A DNA stretch of 61,103 nucleotides from a virus (Duplodnaviria > Caudoviricetes). The position numbers and the translations under genes are program-made. The stretch lies in the IMG/VR virus record IMGVR_UViG_3300030090_003848, positions 1 through 61,103 of that record. One strand, 5' to 3'. The notes under the pieces were generated by a model that worked only from the letters and a program-made list of their open reading frames with translations, did not search any database and had not been told where the DNA came from. The stretch's first letter is position 1. Every line of letters starts with the position of its first letter. Below are positions 1 to 8,296 of this stretch, piece after piece.

Positions 1-74
1 CCATGCAGGCCGGAGAGACTCTTTTCCTCATGGACTAACCCCAGAAATTCTCAACCAGTTAACTACCCAAGATC

Positions 75-278
75 ATGATCAACGTATCTTCCCACAAGCG
101 GCTGAATCCCGACACCTGCCCCAAGCTCATCGCCTCCATCCGAGAGGCATGGGCCGATTGGAACGCTCGGGGCGTTACCATCTACAAAGGCTACGCCTAC
201 CACATCGATTCCATGGGCGTCTGGACTTGCCATCAAGGGGCCGAGCGCACCTTGGAGTTCGACTCCTACTCCGACTAA
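75..278 (+). CDS. Hypothetical early protein, 67 aa
   Basis: Exactly bounded by repeat copies 1 and 2; C-ending codon bias like its neighbours. Confidence 0.8.
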   Translation: MINVSSHKRLNPDTCPKLIASIREAWADWNARGVTIYKGYAYHIDSMGVWTCHQGAERTLEFDSYSD

Positions 279-316
279 CCCCAGAAATTCTCAACCAGTT
301 AACCACATCACATATC

Positions 317-874
317 ATGTCTGATACCACCACCACCACCACCAGCCAGCCCCTCGTGTTCGGGGGGATCGTATCCTCCACAGGCCGCCAGCATGACGGC
401 TTCACCAGCCGCTTCACCTGCGACCTCGACGCCGTCAAGGCCATCGAGGCGGACCCCAAAGCCAGCGATTTTGCCAAAAAACTGGCCGCCGATTACAGGA
501 AGTGGAAACGCCTCTTCCCGAACCAGTTATTCTGGCTCCACAAACTGGCGTCGCAGGACCCCAAGCCTGTCCCCGCTACCCCGCTCCTTGAATCCCCCCA
601 CTTGCACCCCGCCAACGGGAACAGGTGGAGTTTCGAGGGCAAGGTAGTCTCGACTCGGCGGACATGGTCCGGTCCGCACTTCGATCAGAAAGAGGTCTGG
701 AAGATCCTCGTCGCCCTCCCTGACGGTAACAAGGTCTGGGGCACCTGCCCCCGCCCCCTCCTCGACGAGTTCACGGGGGCGGAGCGTCTGACTAGCGTCA
801 AAATCGTAGCCCGTGTTCAGGCGTCTGATAAGGATGAGCATTTCGGCTTCTTCTCCTTCCCCAAGGCAGGCTAA
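317..874 (+). CDS. Early phage protein with C-terminal OB-fold-like region
   Basis: Start moved to ATG 317 (MSDTTT) at the end of repeat copy 2. C-terminal FEGKVVS..KILV..G.KVWGT..FGFF pattern resembles a common beta-barrel phage family. Confidence 0.75.
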   Translation: MSDTTTTTTSQPLVFGGIVSSTGRQHDGFTSRFTCDLDAVKAIEADPKASDFAKKLAADYRKWKRLFPNQLFWLHKLASQDPKPVPATPLLESPHLHPANGNRWSFEGKVVSTRRTWSGPHFDQKEVWKILVALPDGNKVWGTCPRPLLDEFTGAERLTSVKIVARVQASDKDEHFGFFSFPKAG

Positions 875-910
875 ACCCCAGAAAATAAAAACCAGTTAAC
901 CATCAAGATC

Positions 911-1054
911 ATGTCTTACTACCGCGTTACCTATACCGATATCATCGAAGCCTCCTCGCTCGAAGAGGCTGAACACAAACTGCTTGCCGCCCTCGAACGA
1001 GATGTTCACGGGGGTGATGTTGAGGCGTTCGAGATCACGCCAGTCGCCTCCTAA
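911..1054 (+). CDS. Small acidic protein, 47 aa (MSYYRVTYTDIIEASSLEEAE...PVAS), absent from ORF track
   Basis: Translated by hand; ATG and TAA coincide with repeat copies 3 and 4. Confidence 0.8.
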   Translation: MSYYRVTYTDIIEASSLEEAEHKLLAALERDVHGGDVEAFEITPVAS

Positions 1055-1089
1055 CCCCGAAAATTCTCAACCAGTTAACCATCAAGATC

Positions 1090-1533
1090 ATGTCTGATAC
1101 CGCTATCTCCATCTCCCCATCCGCCTTCACCATCCTCCGCTATCGGAACTGGACGGGCCTCGCCCTCGCCGAACTCATCGAAACTGGACGAGTCCCCCTT
1201 ATCGTGAGGGAACTCGGGTCACCCCACCCCGAGGCAATCGATGCCGCCGCCGATGCGGCCCTCGGTGAGGTCGCTCTCGTCGAGGAGATCCCCGCCCGCC
1301 GAGAGGTTGTCCGCGAAGTTCAGGTCGCCGCCAAGGCTATCATCGAGGGGGAGCAGGTTCTCTATGACAGGGTTGAATTGTTCACTGCGATTATGCTGGC
1401 TGACCAGCATGACGCAAACCATCGGGCTGTCGAGAGGGCTGCCGCCTTTCATCGGGCCGCCAAGATTGCCGCCGACCTCAAGGTGAATCCCGCTGTGTCA
1501 CAACCCGTTGACCCTGAGTCTCTTACAGACTAA
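1090..1533 (+). CDS. Hypothetical early protein, 147 aa
   Basis: Starts at repeat copy 4 (MSDT...). Confidence 0.8.
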   Translation: MSDTAISISPSAFTILRYRNWTGLALAELIETGRVPLIVRELGSPHPEAIDAAADAALGEVALVEEIPARREVVREVQVAAKAIIEGEQVLYDRVELFTAIMLADQHDANHRAVERAAAFHRAAKIAADLKVNPAVSQPVDPESLTD

Positions 1534-1556
1534 ATCAAAAAAAGTTCATTCAGTTA

Positions 1557-1584
1557 TTGCAAGTCCAATTCTTTTCCCTAGAAT
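1557..1584 (+). promoter_or_regulatory. Sigma70-like promoter TTGCAA-N16-TAGAAT, probably leaderless
   Basis: In an AT-rich gap; ATG 1591 is 6 nt after the -10 box. Confidence 0.6.
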
Positions 1585-1590
1585 ACCACC

Positions 1591-2820
1591 ATGTCCGATA
1601 AATCTAGCTCCCTGCCAGTCCTGACCCGCTCAGGAATCCCGACCGCCGCCCGCCTTGCCGACAAGGCCAAGACCTCCATCGCCCTCCGAGGGGGGACCGG
1701 ATGGGGCAAGTCCTCGATGGCCCTCCTTCTGGCTGCCTTCTACGGCATCCCCCAGAAGGTTGTAAGCTGGGCCGAGGCCGCTGACCCCAAGTGCAAGGGC
1801 GGCATCATCTTCGCAAACTACAACGGGGTCCATGAGGAGACCGTCGTCGGCCCCAAGGCCATCCACCATGTCGGCGGCATGGAATACCGTGGCATCACGG
1901 TCCCGCCGGATGAGTCCCCGACCGTCGCCATCCTCGGGGATCGCCCGTTCCTGATTGTCCTCGATGAATGGCAGGGAATCCCCGGCCCAGTGAAGCAGGT
2001 GTTCCGGCCCGTGCTGGAAGCCCCCGAGGGAGCCGACCGATTCATGGGCACCCAGAAGGTCGCGCCCAACGTCAAGTTCATGGTGACCTACAACGGGCGG
2101 GCCGATGACATGGACAACGGGCGAGAGCTGTCCCAGCCCGACATCGCTCGGGTCAACTGCTACGACTGGGGCCTGACTCTCCCCGAGTTTCTCGACCATA
2201 CCGCTGCCGAGTTTGCTGGCAGCCTGCCTTGGGCCTACCTCAACTTTTTCAAGGAAGGTGCCAAGACTGAAGGCGAGGGCCTGAATCCTTGGACCGGAAA
2301 GGTGAGTGGCGAGACCCGCTCCCGCTACGACGGCGGCCAGATCTGTTGCCCTCGGAATTTCAAGAAGGTCATGATGATGTTCCCATCCACCAAGCCCGCC
2401 GACGGCTGGTGTTTAGACGAGTTCCGCGACCATGCCCCGTCCCGCCTGCCCGATGCGGTGGTCAAGGACATGGCCCTTCTCATGGAGACTACCCTGTCTA
2501 TGGCCGATGTCATCACCGACATCCGCTCGGGCACCCAGAAGGTCGAGGACGTTCCCGCCCATGAGCAGCCGCCGCTGGCCTTCGCGGCCCTCCGCATCGC
2601 CCTGAATGAGGCTGGCAAGGACTACACCACCGCTGTCCATAGCGGCCAGTGGGACTGGGTCCTCGACCTCTTCTCGAAATGCAGCCCCGAGCTGGCGGCA
2701 TGGATATTCTCAACGCTCGTCGCCCATGTCGAGCCGACCGAAAAGCAGGCCAAGAACGGCTACCGCAACCCGCTTTATGACCACCCCAAGGGCAAAATCC
2801 TGAAGGGCCTCGTCAAGTAA
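1591..2820 (+). CDS. MoxR/dynein-related AAA+ ATPase
   Basis: Walker A GGTGWGKS, Walker B LIVLDE, sensor TYN, Arg finger IAR, CPRNF; adjacent to a vWA gene. Confidence 0.85.
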   Translation: MSDKSSSLPVLTRSGIPTAARLADKAKTSIALRGGTGWGKSSMALLLAAFYGIPQKVVSWAEAADPKCKGGIIFANYNGVHEETVVGPKAIHHVGGMEYRGITVPPDESPTVAILGDRPFLIVLDEWQGIPGPVKQVFRPVLEAPEGADRFMGTQKVAPNVKFMVTYNGRADDMDNGRELSQPDIARVNCYDWGLTLPEFLDHTAAEFAGSLPWAYLNFFKEGAKTEGEGLNPWTGKVSGETRSRYDGGQICCPRNFKKVMMMFPSTKPADGWCLDEFRDHAPSRLPDAVVKDMALLMETTLSMADVITDIRSGTQKVEDVPAHEQPPLAFAALRIALNEAGKDYTTAVHSGQWDWVLDLFSKCSPELAAWIFSTLVAHVEPTEKQAKNGYRNPLYDHPKGKILKGLVK

Positions 2821-2864
2821 ACCTCTCATTCAAAGTTAACTCGAAAAAAGAAAGACCAGATACC

Positions 2865-3821
2865 ATGTCAGATACCACTAGCCACCTCGACGCCATGACC
2901 GCCGACGAAATCAACTCGATCTTCCAGATCGTGATCAACCCCAGCCGGATCGTGACCACCGGAAAGAATGATGATGCCAAGAAGGCCATTCTGGAGGCCG
3001 CTCCGCCGGAGGACCGTGACGAACTCGCCAAGATATTCAACTCGTCGGGCCGATTCCTCCCGACCGCCAACACCTGCCTCGGGGAACTCCGCTCCCTGAA
3101 CAACGCCATGATCAAGGAGATGGTGAGCGCGGACGATGGCCGGAACTACGACGGCCTCGAAAAGACAGGCCGCGCCAAGACATACATCGGGCAGCTCAAG
3201 GACTACGACCGCGCCTTGGAAATCTTCGATACCTACTCCCCCCAGATTGGGGCCTGCGTTTCCAAGATCCGCTCCGAGTGGGAGTCCCTCAAGGAGCAGG
3301 GCCGGTTGGAGATGAAGCAATACGGGGACGGTTTCGAGTTCCCCGAGGTCGAGGATTTCCTTGCCAATTCCGATGCCAGTTTCGAGATCGACACGGTCAT
3401 CACCGACCAGAAGATCTTGAACTCGGCGCTGGCCGAGCAGGCGGCGAGGCTCAACGCCCGTCACAAGGCCGACAAGGATCGCCAGATCCGCGAGATCGCG
3501 GGTCGCCAGATCAAGCTCATCCTTGACCAGTTCAAGGCGTGTGAACAGCGGCTCCGCGAGGCTGGCACCGTTGTCGATGGCAAGCGCAAGCGGCTCAAGA
3601 AAAACAACTTCGAGAACACTCTCGATGCCGCCGCAAACGCGAAGAAAAAGAACTTCGCTAACATCCCCGAGGTCGAGGTCGCGGCTGCTACCGCCGCCTC
3701 CATCATCAAGGATGTGGACAACCTGCCCGACAACCCCGCCGAGCGGGCCGACATGGCCGACGAGATCAACAAGGCCCACACTGCCCTGAGCAGCAAGATG
3801 GCAGCCGCCGGATTGCTCTAG
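2865..3821 (+). CDS. Helical protein between AAA and vWA genes (possibly DUF3150-like)
   Basis: 318-aa ORF; family suggested only by synteny and helical character. Confidence 0.6.
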   Translation: MSDTTSHLDAMTADEINSIFQIVINPSRIVTTGKNDDAKKAILEAAPPEDRDELAKIFNSSGRFLPTANTCLGELRSLNNAMIKEMVSADDGRNYDGLEKTGRAKTYIGQLKDYDRALEIFDTYSPQIGACVSKIRSEWESLKEQGRLEMKQYGDGFEFPEVEDFLANSDASFEIDTVITDQKILNSALAEQAARLNARHKADKDRQIREIAGRQIKLILDQFKACEQRLREAGTVVDGKRKRLKKNNFENTLDAAANAKKKNFANIPEVEVAAATAASIIKDVDNLPDNPAERADMADEINKAHTALSSKMAAAGLL

Positions 3822-3841
3822 AAAATAATTTGAGAATCCCC

Positions 3842-3869
3842 TTGTAACATACCAGAATCCGAGTAGACT
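3842..3869 (+). promoter_or_regulatory. Sigma70-like promoter TTGTAA-N16-TAGACT
   Basis: Intergenic; ATG 3879 lies 9 nt downstream. Confidence 0.5.
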
Positions 3870-3878
3870 CCAAGAATC

Positions 3879-5492
3879 ATGACTGCTAGCCGCTTCATCA
3901 ACTTCGACCCCACAGGGTCAAGTCCCCTCGACATCGCCTACCGTAACCTCGGGCGATACCTCCCGCTGAACCACCGCTTCAACCTTCGCGGGGTGAAGAA
4001 TACGAAGGAGACCAAGTATGGTCAGGCCGATGGCCGCTTCCCCTACCTGAACGAGGAGACTTGCATGACCCTCACCGCCGCCCAAGTTGCCTTCATCCTT
4101 GGCCATGAGGACTATCACCTGCTCCTCAACCACATCCAGCGGATGAGGAAATTTGAGGGAGCCATGATGCACTGGCGGGGCCAGAATTGGAGCGCGGCCA
4201 ATGTCGGATGTGACCTGATCATCAACCCGAGGTTGATCAAGGACAACGAGGCGGCTCGGGGGAAGATGGTCAAGGAGGGGAAGACTCCCTACGATATCAT
4301 AAAGCCTCTCGGTGACATCCTCATCGACATTCCCGAGCTTTACGATACCCGCGAATTTATCCAGTGTGAGGAGACGGGGGTCTGGAAGACCAACCCCGAC
4401 AAGGAGGATCTGTCCTCCGAGGAACTGGTAGCGAAACTCGCCCGCCTGTTCCCTGTTCCCCCCATCCCGATCAACAGCAGCCCGTCCGGCGACCAGTCCA
4501 AAGAGGACGGTGCCGAGGGGCAGCAGGGCGCTGGCTCCGGCGAGGACGGCGAGGAAGGTGACGAGCAGCAGCAGCAGCAGCAGCAGGGCGGTGGCCAGTC
4601 CGACGAGGACGGCGACCAGTCCGGCGACCAGTCCGGCGACCAGTCCGGCGACCAGTCCGGCGAGGACGGCGAGGAAGGTGACAACGATTCTACGGGCAGT
4701 GATGGTGAGACCTCGTCCCCCGATGGCTCGGGGGGCGGGGCAACCGTCGGTGAATTCGGCGGAGGCCATGATGATTTCCGAGAGCCTGAGCTGGAAGAGG
4801 GCGAGACCCTTGAGGAATTCGATGAGTCGAATGAGGAGGCTATCAGGAAAATAATTTTTGAGGATAAGATCAACGAGACCAAGGGGATTCATGGGACAGG
4901 CAGCAGCCGTTTCGCACGGGGCGACCTCGACCGTGAGTCCAACCATGTCCCCTTCGCAGAGCATCTCAGGGACTGGTTCAAGAACCGGACTGACGAAGGA
5001 TACGACCGCCCCTTCTGCTCCAAGGCTTACCACCGACACGGCATCATCCGCCGCGCCCGAGGGTCCAATGTGGCACGGGAGATCGTGTTCCTTGTGGACA
5101 CCAGTGCGTCCAACGTGGACAAGATGGGGCCGATGCTCGACAAGATCCAGCGGGTGTTCGATGAGTTCCAGCCCCGCATTACTCACGTTGTCCCGTGCGA
5201 TACCAAGGTCACCGAGACCCATGAGGTCATGGCCGGAGGCCGCATCCCCCAGAATCTCAGGGGCGGGGGAGGCACCCGCTTCAAACCAGCCTTCGACTGG
5301 GTAGAGGAGAACGCCCCTACCGCCGACGGTATCATCTACCTGACCGACGGCTATGTCTTGCAGCATGAGTGGGACTCTCTGGAAGAACCCCAGATCCCCG
5401 TGCTCTGGCTCTGCTTTGGATACCACCCCGCCGAGACCATCGGGACCACCTGTTACACTTTCGGGGAGAGGGTGGAAGTTGAACTCTCATAA
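3879..5492 (+). CDS. DUF2201-type protein: N-terminal zincin-like metallopeptidase, acidic linker, C-terminal vWA domain
   Basis: HEDYH (HExxH); MIDAS-like DTSAS; GGGGTRF; IIYLTDG. Confidence 0.88.
   Translation: MTASRFINFDPTGSSPLDIAYRNLGRYLPLNHRFNLRGVKNTKETKYGQADGRFPYLNEETCMTLTAAQVAFILGHEDYHLLLNHIQRMRKFEGAMMHWRGQNWSAANVGCDLIINPRLIKDNEAARGKMVKEGKTPYDIIKPLGDILIDIPELYDTREFIQCEETGVWKTNPDKEDLSSEELVAKLARLFPVPPIPINSSPSGDQSKEDGAEGQQGAGSGEDGEEGDEQQQQQQQGGGQSDEDGDQSGDQSGDQSGDQSGEDGEEGDNDSTGSDGETSSPDGSGGGATVGEFGGGHDDFREPELEEGETLEEFDESNEEAIRKIIFEDKINETKGIHGTGSSRFARGDLDRESNHVPFAEHLRDWFKNRTDEGYDRPFCSKAYHRHGIIRRARGSNVAREIVFLVDTSASNVDKMGPMLDKIQRVFDEFQPRITHVVPCDTKVTETHEVMAGGRIPQNLRGGGGTRFKPAFDWVEENAPTADGIIYLTDGYVLQHEWDSLEEPQIPVLWLCFGYHPAETIGTTCYTFGERVEVELS
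4536..4682 (+). repeat. Coding low-complexity repeats: (CAG)7 4566-4586, (GGCGACCAGTCC)4 4611-4658, duplicated 27-mer at 4536 and 4656
   Basis: Directly visible; encode Q7, (GDQS)4 and SGEDGEEGD x2. Confidence 0.95.
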
Positions 5493-5510
5493 CTAAAATC
5501 ACCACCACCC

Positions 5511-5717
5511 ATGAACTCAGAATACAACAACTGGAACGAAGAGCATACGGTTATGATCCTCGACGGCCCTATCGTCCGCCCCGCCCCTACTCCGAAACGC
5601 GACCTGACCCCCGAGGAGGTTGCCGAGATCGAGGCCCGTGCCAAGGCGATCAAGGAAAAGAACACTCTGAGCGACTGGCAACTGCAACGCCGCGCCGAGA
5701 TCAGAAGGTGCAGCTAA
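5511..5717 (+). CDS. Hypothetical protein
   Basis: Tiles with neighbours in the early operon. Confidence 0.7.
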   Translation: MNSEYNNWNEEHTVMILDGPIVRPAPTPKRDLTPEEVAEIEARAKAIKEKNTLSDWQLQRRAEIRRCS

Positions 5718-5737
5718 ATCTTAACTCAAGAAATAAA

Positions 5738-6256
5738 ATGTCAACTACCATTACCGAAAACGTCTGGTCTCTACTCCGCTTCTCCTCCGAGGATCAGCGG
5801 GTGTGGAAAGCCGACAAGACTGGAAGCCTCTACCTGACCGACCACAGCGGCGACGGGTGTGGGGCACCCTACGGGGACAACGTCGGGAACCCCGACCAGT
5901 GCAGTGACGGCCCGCTCAGGATCGCCGTCGAGGAGATCCGAGAACTCAAGATGGCCTACGAGTGGAGCCGTGCATACGGCATCCGGTGCTATGTCCCGTG
6001 CTTCGCGGAGGCCCATGAGGACAAGCGGGTCAAGGTTAGCTGCCAGCCAGCCGTGGGCCTGTTCCTTGCCAAGCTACTCAAGGTTCCCGCAACGCTCACC
6101 ATCGGGAGCGATACCCGAACCAATGACGTTGAGCGGATGGTGGTGCTGCCCTTCCTCGACCCCCTCCCCTATGGCCGCGCCCAGACGTATACTCTCTGGG
6201 AGCCTAAGCGGCCCGAGCTAGACCTGTCAGAAGTTAACATAGAAAATAGTCTTTGA
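5738..6256 (+). CDS. Hypothetical protein
   Basis: ATG 5738 (MSTTIT) after an A-rich leader. Confidence 0.75.
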   Translation: MSTTITENVWSLLRFSSEDQRVWKADKTGSLYLTDHSGDGCGAPYGDNVGNPDQCSDGPLRIAVEEIRELKMAYEWSRAYGIRCYVPCFAEAHEDKRVKVSCQPAVGLFLAKLLKVPATLTIGSDTRTNDVERMVVLPFLDPLPYGRAQTYTLWEPKRPELDLSEVNIENSL

Positions 6257-6259
6257 GTT

Positions 6260-6457
6260 ATGCCCAGACCCATTCACCATTCCATCAGAAGCGCCTTCGA
6301 CAACGCCCGTCCCAAGGGTCTCCCGAGTCCCGAGGTAGTCTCCCGAGTCCTGAGAGAGATCAAGGAGTCAATCGAGGACGGCCCCCGAGACTACGCTGAC
6401 TTCGACTCCTACCAGATCGCACAGGAGATTGACGAAATAGAAAACGGAGATGCCTAA
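6260..6457 (+). CDS. Hypothetical protein
   Basis: Tiling ORF. Confidence 0.65.
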   Translation: MPRPIHHSIRSAFDNARPKGLPSPEVVSRVLREIKESIEDGPRDYADFDSYQIAQEIDEIENGDA

Positions 6458-6575
6458 AGAGATTAGAGAGGTTGCCAGTAGCTCTTCCCGTAACCATGAG
6501 AAGGCTTACAAGAAACGCCGCCGCAAGAAACAGAGACAACTCGACAAGAAGAAATGCCAGCGAGAACAAAAATGA
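6450..6575 (+). CDS. Small basic protein, 41 aa (MPKEIREV...KKRRRKKQRQ...), absent from ORF track
   Basis: Translated by hand; fills the gap and has an ATGA overlap with the next gene. Confidence 0.6.
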   Translation: MPKEIREVASSSSRNHEKAYKKRRRKKQRQLDKKKCQREQK

Positions 6576-6814
6576 ACCGCAACCGAGCAACCCGCCGCCA
6601 CAAATCCGCCGCCAAGTATGCTCGCCGCCTTGCAATCAATAGCAAGACTCAGGCCGAGGCTGTGGCTCACAAGCCCTACAAGTTCAAAAGCCAAGGCCGC
6701 ACCTGCTCTTGTGCAGTGTGCGCCTACAACCGACGACGCTTCCACGGCAACAGCCTTGCGGGTCTCTCTAATCAAGAACGACGCAACCTAGACTCAGCTA
6801 ATCACAACTACTAA
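6572..6814 (+). CDS. Basic protein with CSCAVC motif
   Basis: ATG 6572 coupled to the upstream stop; Cys cluster may bind Zn. Confidence 0.7.
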   Translation: MNRNRATRRHKSAAKYARRLAINSKTQAEAVAHKPYKFKSQGRTCSCAVCAYNRRRFHGNSLAGLSNQERRNLDSANHNY

Positions 6815-6816
6815 AT

Positions 6817-7044
6817 ATGAAGAAAGACAGTGAGACTCCAGAACCCACCCAATTTGAACTGCTCACCGAGGCGCTCCGTGTGAGAAGCCTGACCGAGGCC
6901 GAGGCTCTCCGCCGAAAGTTTATGCGTCAAAGGGGTGCAGGAGTTAAAGCGTGGAAACGATTCCTTGTGTCAGTCGAGGTTTTCGAGAAGGCCATGAAGC
7001 AGTGGCAGGGAGACGGCGCGGTTCCCGATGAGCCGGAATCTTAA
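6817..7044 (+). CDS. Hypothetical protein
   Basis: Tiling ORF. Confidence 0.65.
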   Translation: MKKDSETPEPTQFELLTEALRVRSLTEAEALRRKFMRQRGAGVKAWKRFLVSVEVFEKAMKQWQGDGAVPDEPES

Positions 7045-7048
7045 CCTG

Positions 7049-7318
7049 ATGAAAGTTTATCGAGTTAAGGATGCGGTCACGCCGTGGCTCGCCCAGTTCT
7101 TTACAACCAAGGCAGCCGCGACGAAGGAAGCTAAGTTGCGGACGGCGATGACTAAAAAAGAACATGAAGTCGAGGCCCTTGAAGTCCCCTCCAGCAAAGG
7201 AGGACTGCGTCGATTCTGTGAATCGTTATGGGAGGACGCGCTGGTGGAATATGACAAAGTTCATTTCCCCTCTACCCGACTCCGCACTACCGCTGAGAAA
7301 CTGAGAGAAGACAAATAA
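7049..7318 (+). CDS. Hypothetical protein
   Basis: ATG 7049 (MKVYRV) just after the upstream stop. Confidence 0.7.
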   Translation: MKVYRVKDAVTPWLAQFFTTKAAATKEAKLRTAMTKKEHEVEALEVPSSKGGLRRFCESLWEDALVEYDKVHFPSTRLRTTAEKLREDK

Positions 7319-7323
7319 AAGAA

Positions 7324-7722
7324 ATGAAGACGAGAGAGATAAGCGAGATAATATTTAAGACAAAGATAGGAGACTACTTCTGGGTGGTCACTAGGTATAT
7401 GGGTAAGGAAACTCGGCATCCCTTCTTCCCCGAGGAGCCAGAGGAAGTAGACATCTATCACTGCGTTGCCTACCGAGAGATTTTAGACGGTGTGGGGGAT
7501 TACGCGGGGGTCCGAATTACAGGTGATGAAGACATCGAAGGGCGGCACCTTGAGATGTGTGCAATCTATAAGAAGCGCCTCGAAAAAGGCGGCGAGTGGG
7601 AAGGGCAAGACCGCCCAATAAAGCCCCGCTCCCCCGATTGGGAGGAGCAGGAGGATGCCTTTGAGAGGAGCACCAGAATGATGGACGTAGACTACAACTG
7701 GAATAAACAAAATCCACAGTAA
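7324..7722 (+). CDS. Hypothetical protein
   Basis: Tiling ORF, 132 aa. Confidence 0.7.
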   Translation: MKTREISEIIFKTKIGDYFWVVTRYMGKETRHPFFPEEPEEVDIYHCVAYREILDGVGDYAGVRITGDEDIEGRHLEMCAIYKKRLEKGGEWEGQDRPIKPRSPDWEEQEDAFERSTRMMDVDYNWNKQNPQ

Positions 7723-7725
7723 CGC

Positions 7726-7809
7726 ATGACTGCAACCCTCTTCCTGATCCTTGTCCCGCTTATCTTGGTGATATTACTCCGGCGTAACAGAACCGAAAGA
7801 CATGATTAA
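7726..7809 (+). CDS. 27-aa single-TM peptide MTATLFLILVPLILVILLRRNRTERHD
   Basis: Translated by hand; fills the gap; hydrophobic stretch followed by a basic tail. Confidence 0.5.
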   Translation: MTATLFLILVPLILVILLRRNRTERHD

Positions 7810-8005
7810 AACCATTGGACAAACTGTTAGAACTATGTATAATCCCACCGTGGCTAAAATAATTGATGTCCGAAAATGGTTTCCGAAGATGCGTAAAGGT
7901 TGCACCCGTTACGTCATCGAGCAGGAACTGGAGGCCATCGCCAAAGAGAATGCCACACTCAAGCCGAGAATGAATGCCATCCTCTACTTGCTCAAGAAAC
8001 TGTAA
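7802..8005 (+). CDS. Hypothetical protein
   Basis: Tiling ORF. Confidence 0.6.
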   Translation: MIKTIGQTVRTMYNPTVAKIIDVRKWFPKMRKGCTRYVIEQELEAIAKENATLKPRMNAILYLLKKL

Positions 8006-8016
8006 CCCCCGATCCA

Positions 8017-8178
8017 ATGGACATGGCAACCTTGACCATCAGCACAGACAATGAATCACAAGCCCGAGTCATCCTCTCACTTCTTACCGAAGCAGAAGAG
8101 AACGGGGAGCTGGACTTCTCGTTCGGGTGCCGACTCTCTGAGGTCCGAGAGAAAGTCGAATTCGATCACGCGCTTTAA
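8017..8178 (+). CDS. Small acidic hypothetical protein
   Basis: Start moved to ATG 8017 (or 8023). Confidence 0.6.
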   Translation: MDMATLTISTDNESQARVILSLLTEAEENGELDFSFGCRLSEVREKVEFDHAL

Positions 8179-8179
8179 C

Positions 8180-8293
8180 ATGAAAAAAGAACTAGCTATT
8201 TACGAAGCGGTAACGCTTACCCTCGCCGCGTTGGTGGGGACACTCTTACTCGTCCACGCGGGCTTGTCCCTTATCGAGTATTTAATTTTTTGA
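8180..8293 (+). CDS. Small membrane protein, 37 aa
   Basis: MKKELAIYEAVTLTLAALVGTLLLV...; one TM segment. Confidence 0.55.
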   Translation: MKKELAIYEAVTLTLAALVGTLLLVHAGLSLIEYLIF

Positions 8294-8296
8294 GTT

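Larger units (their letters stand above)
33..1092 (+). repeat. Four dispersed copies of a ~40-bp intergenic direct repeat, consensus TAACCCCAGAAATTCTCAACCAGTTAACCATCAAGATCATG (33-77, 273-319, 871-913, 1051-1092)
   Basis: Copies 1 and 2 share 31 identical bp (GACTAACCCCAGAAATTCTCAACCAGTTAAC); copies 3 and 4 share ACCAGTTAACCATCAAGATCATGTCT. Each runs from a TAA stop to the next ATG. Confidence 0.95.

Noticed and set aside
149-316. N-terminal extension of ORF 149..874
   Set aside because: Overlaps gene 75..278 and reads through the repeat; the real start is ATG 317.
33-1092. CRISPR array or integron attC interpretation of the early repeats
   Set aside because: Spacing is irregular (240, ~600, 180 bp) and the intervals are whole genes. 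TAAC..GTTA resembles attC cores, but the unit is too short, not palindromic, and no tyrosine recombinase is present.
2868-5426. Long antisense ORFs 2868..3779 and 3918..5426 (also 53282..54172, 58052..58810)
   Set aside because: Shadows of strongly codon-biased sense genes; no motifs of their own.
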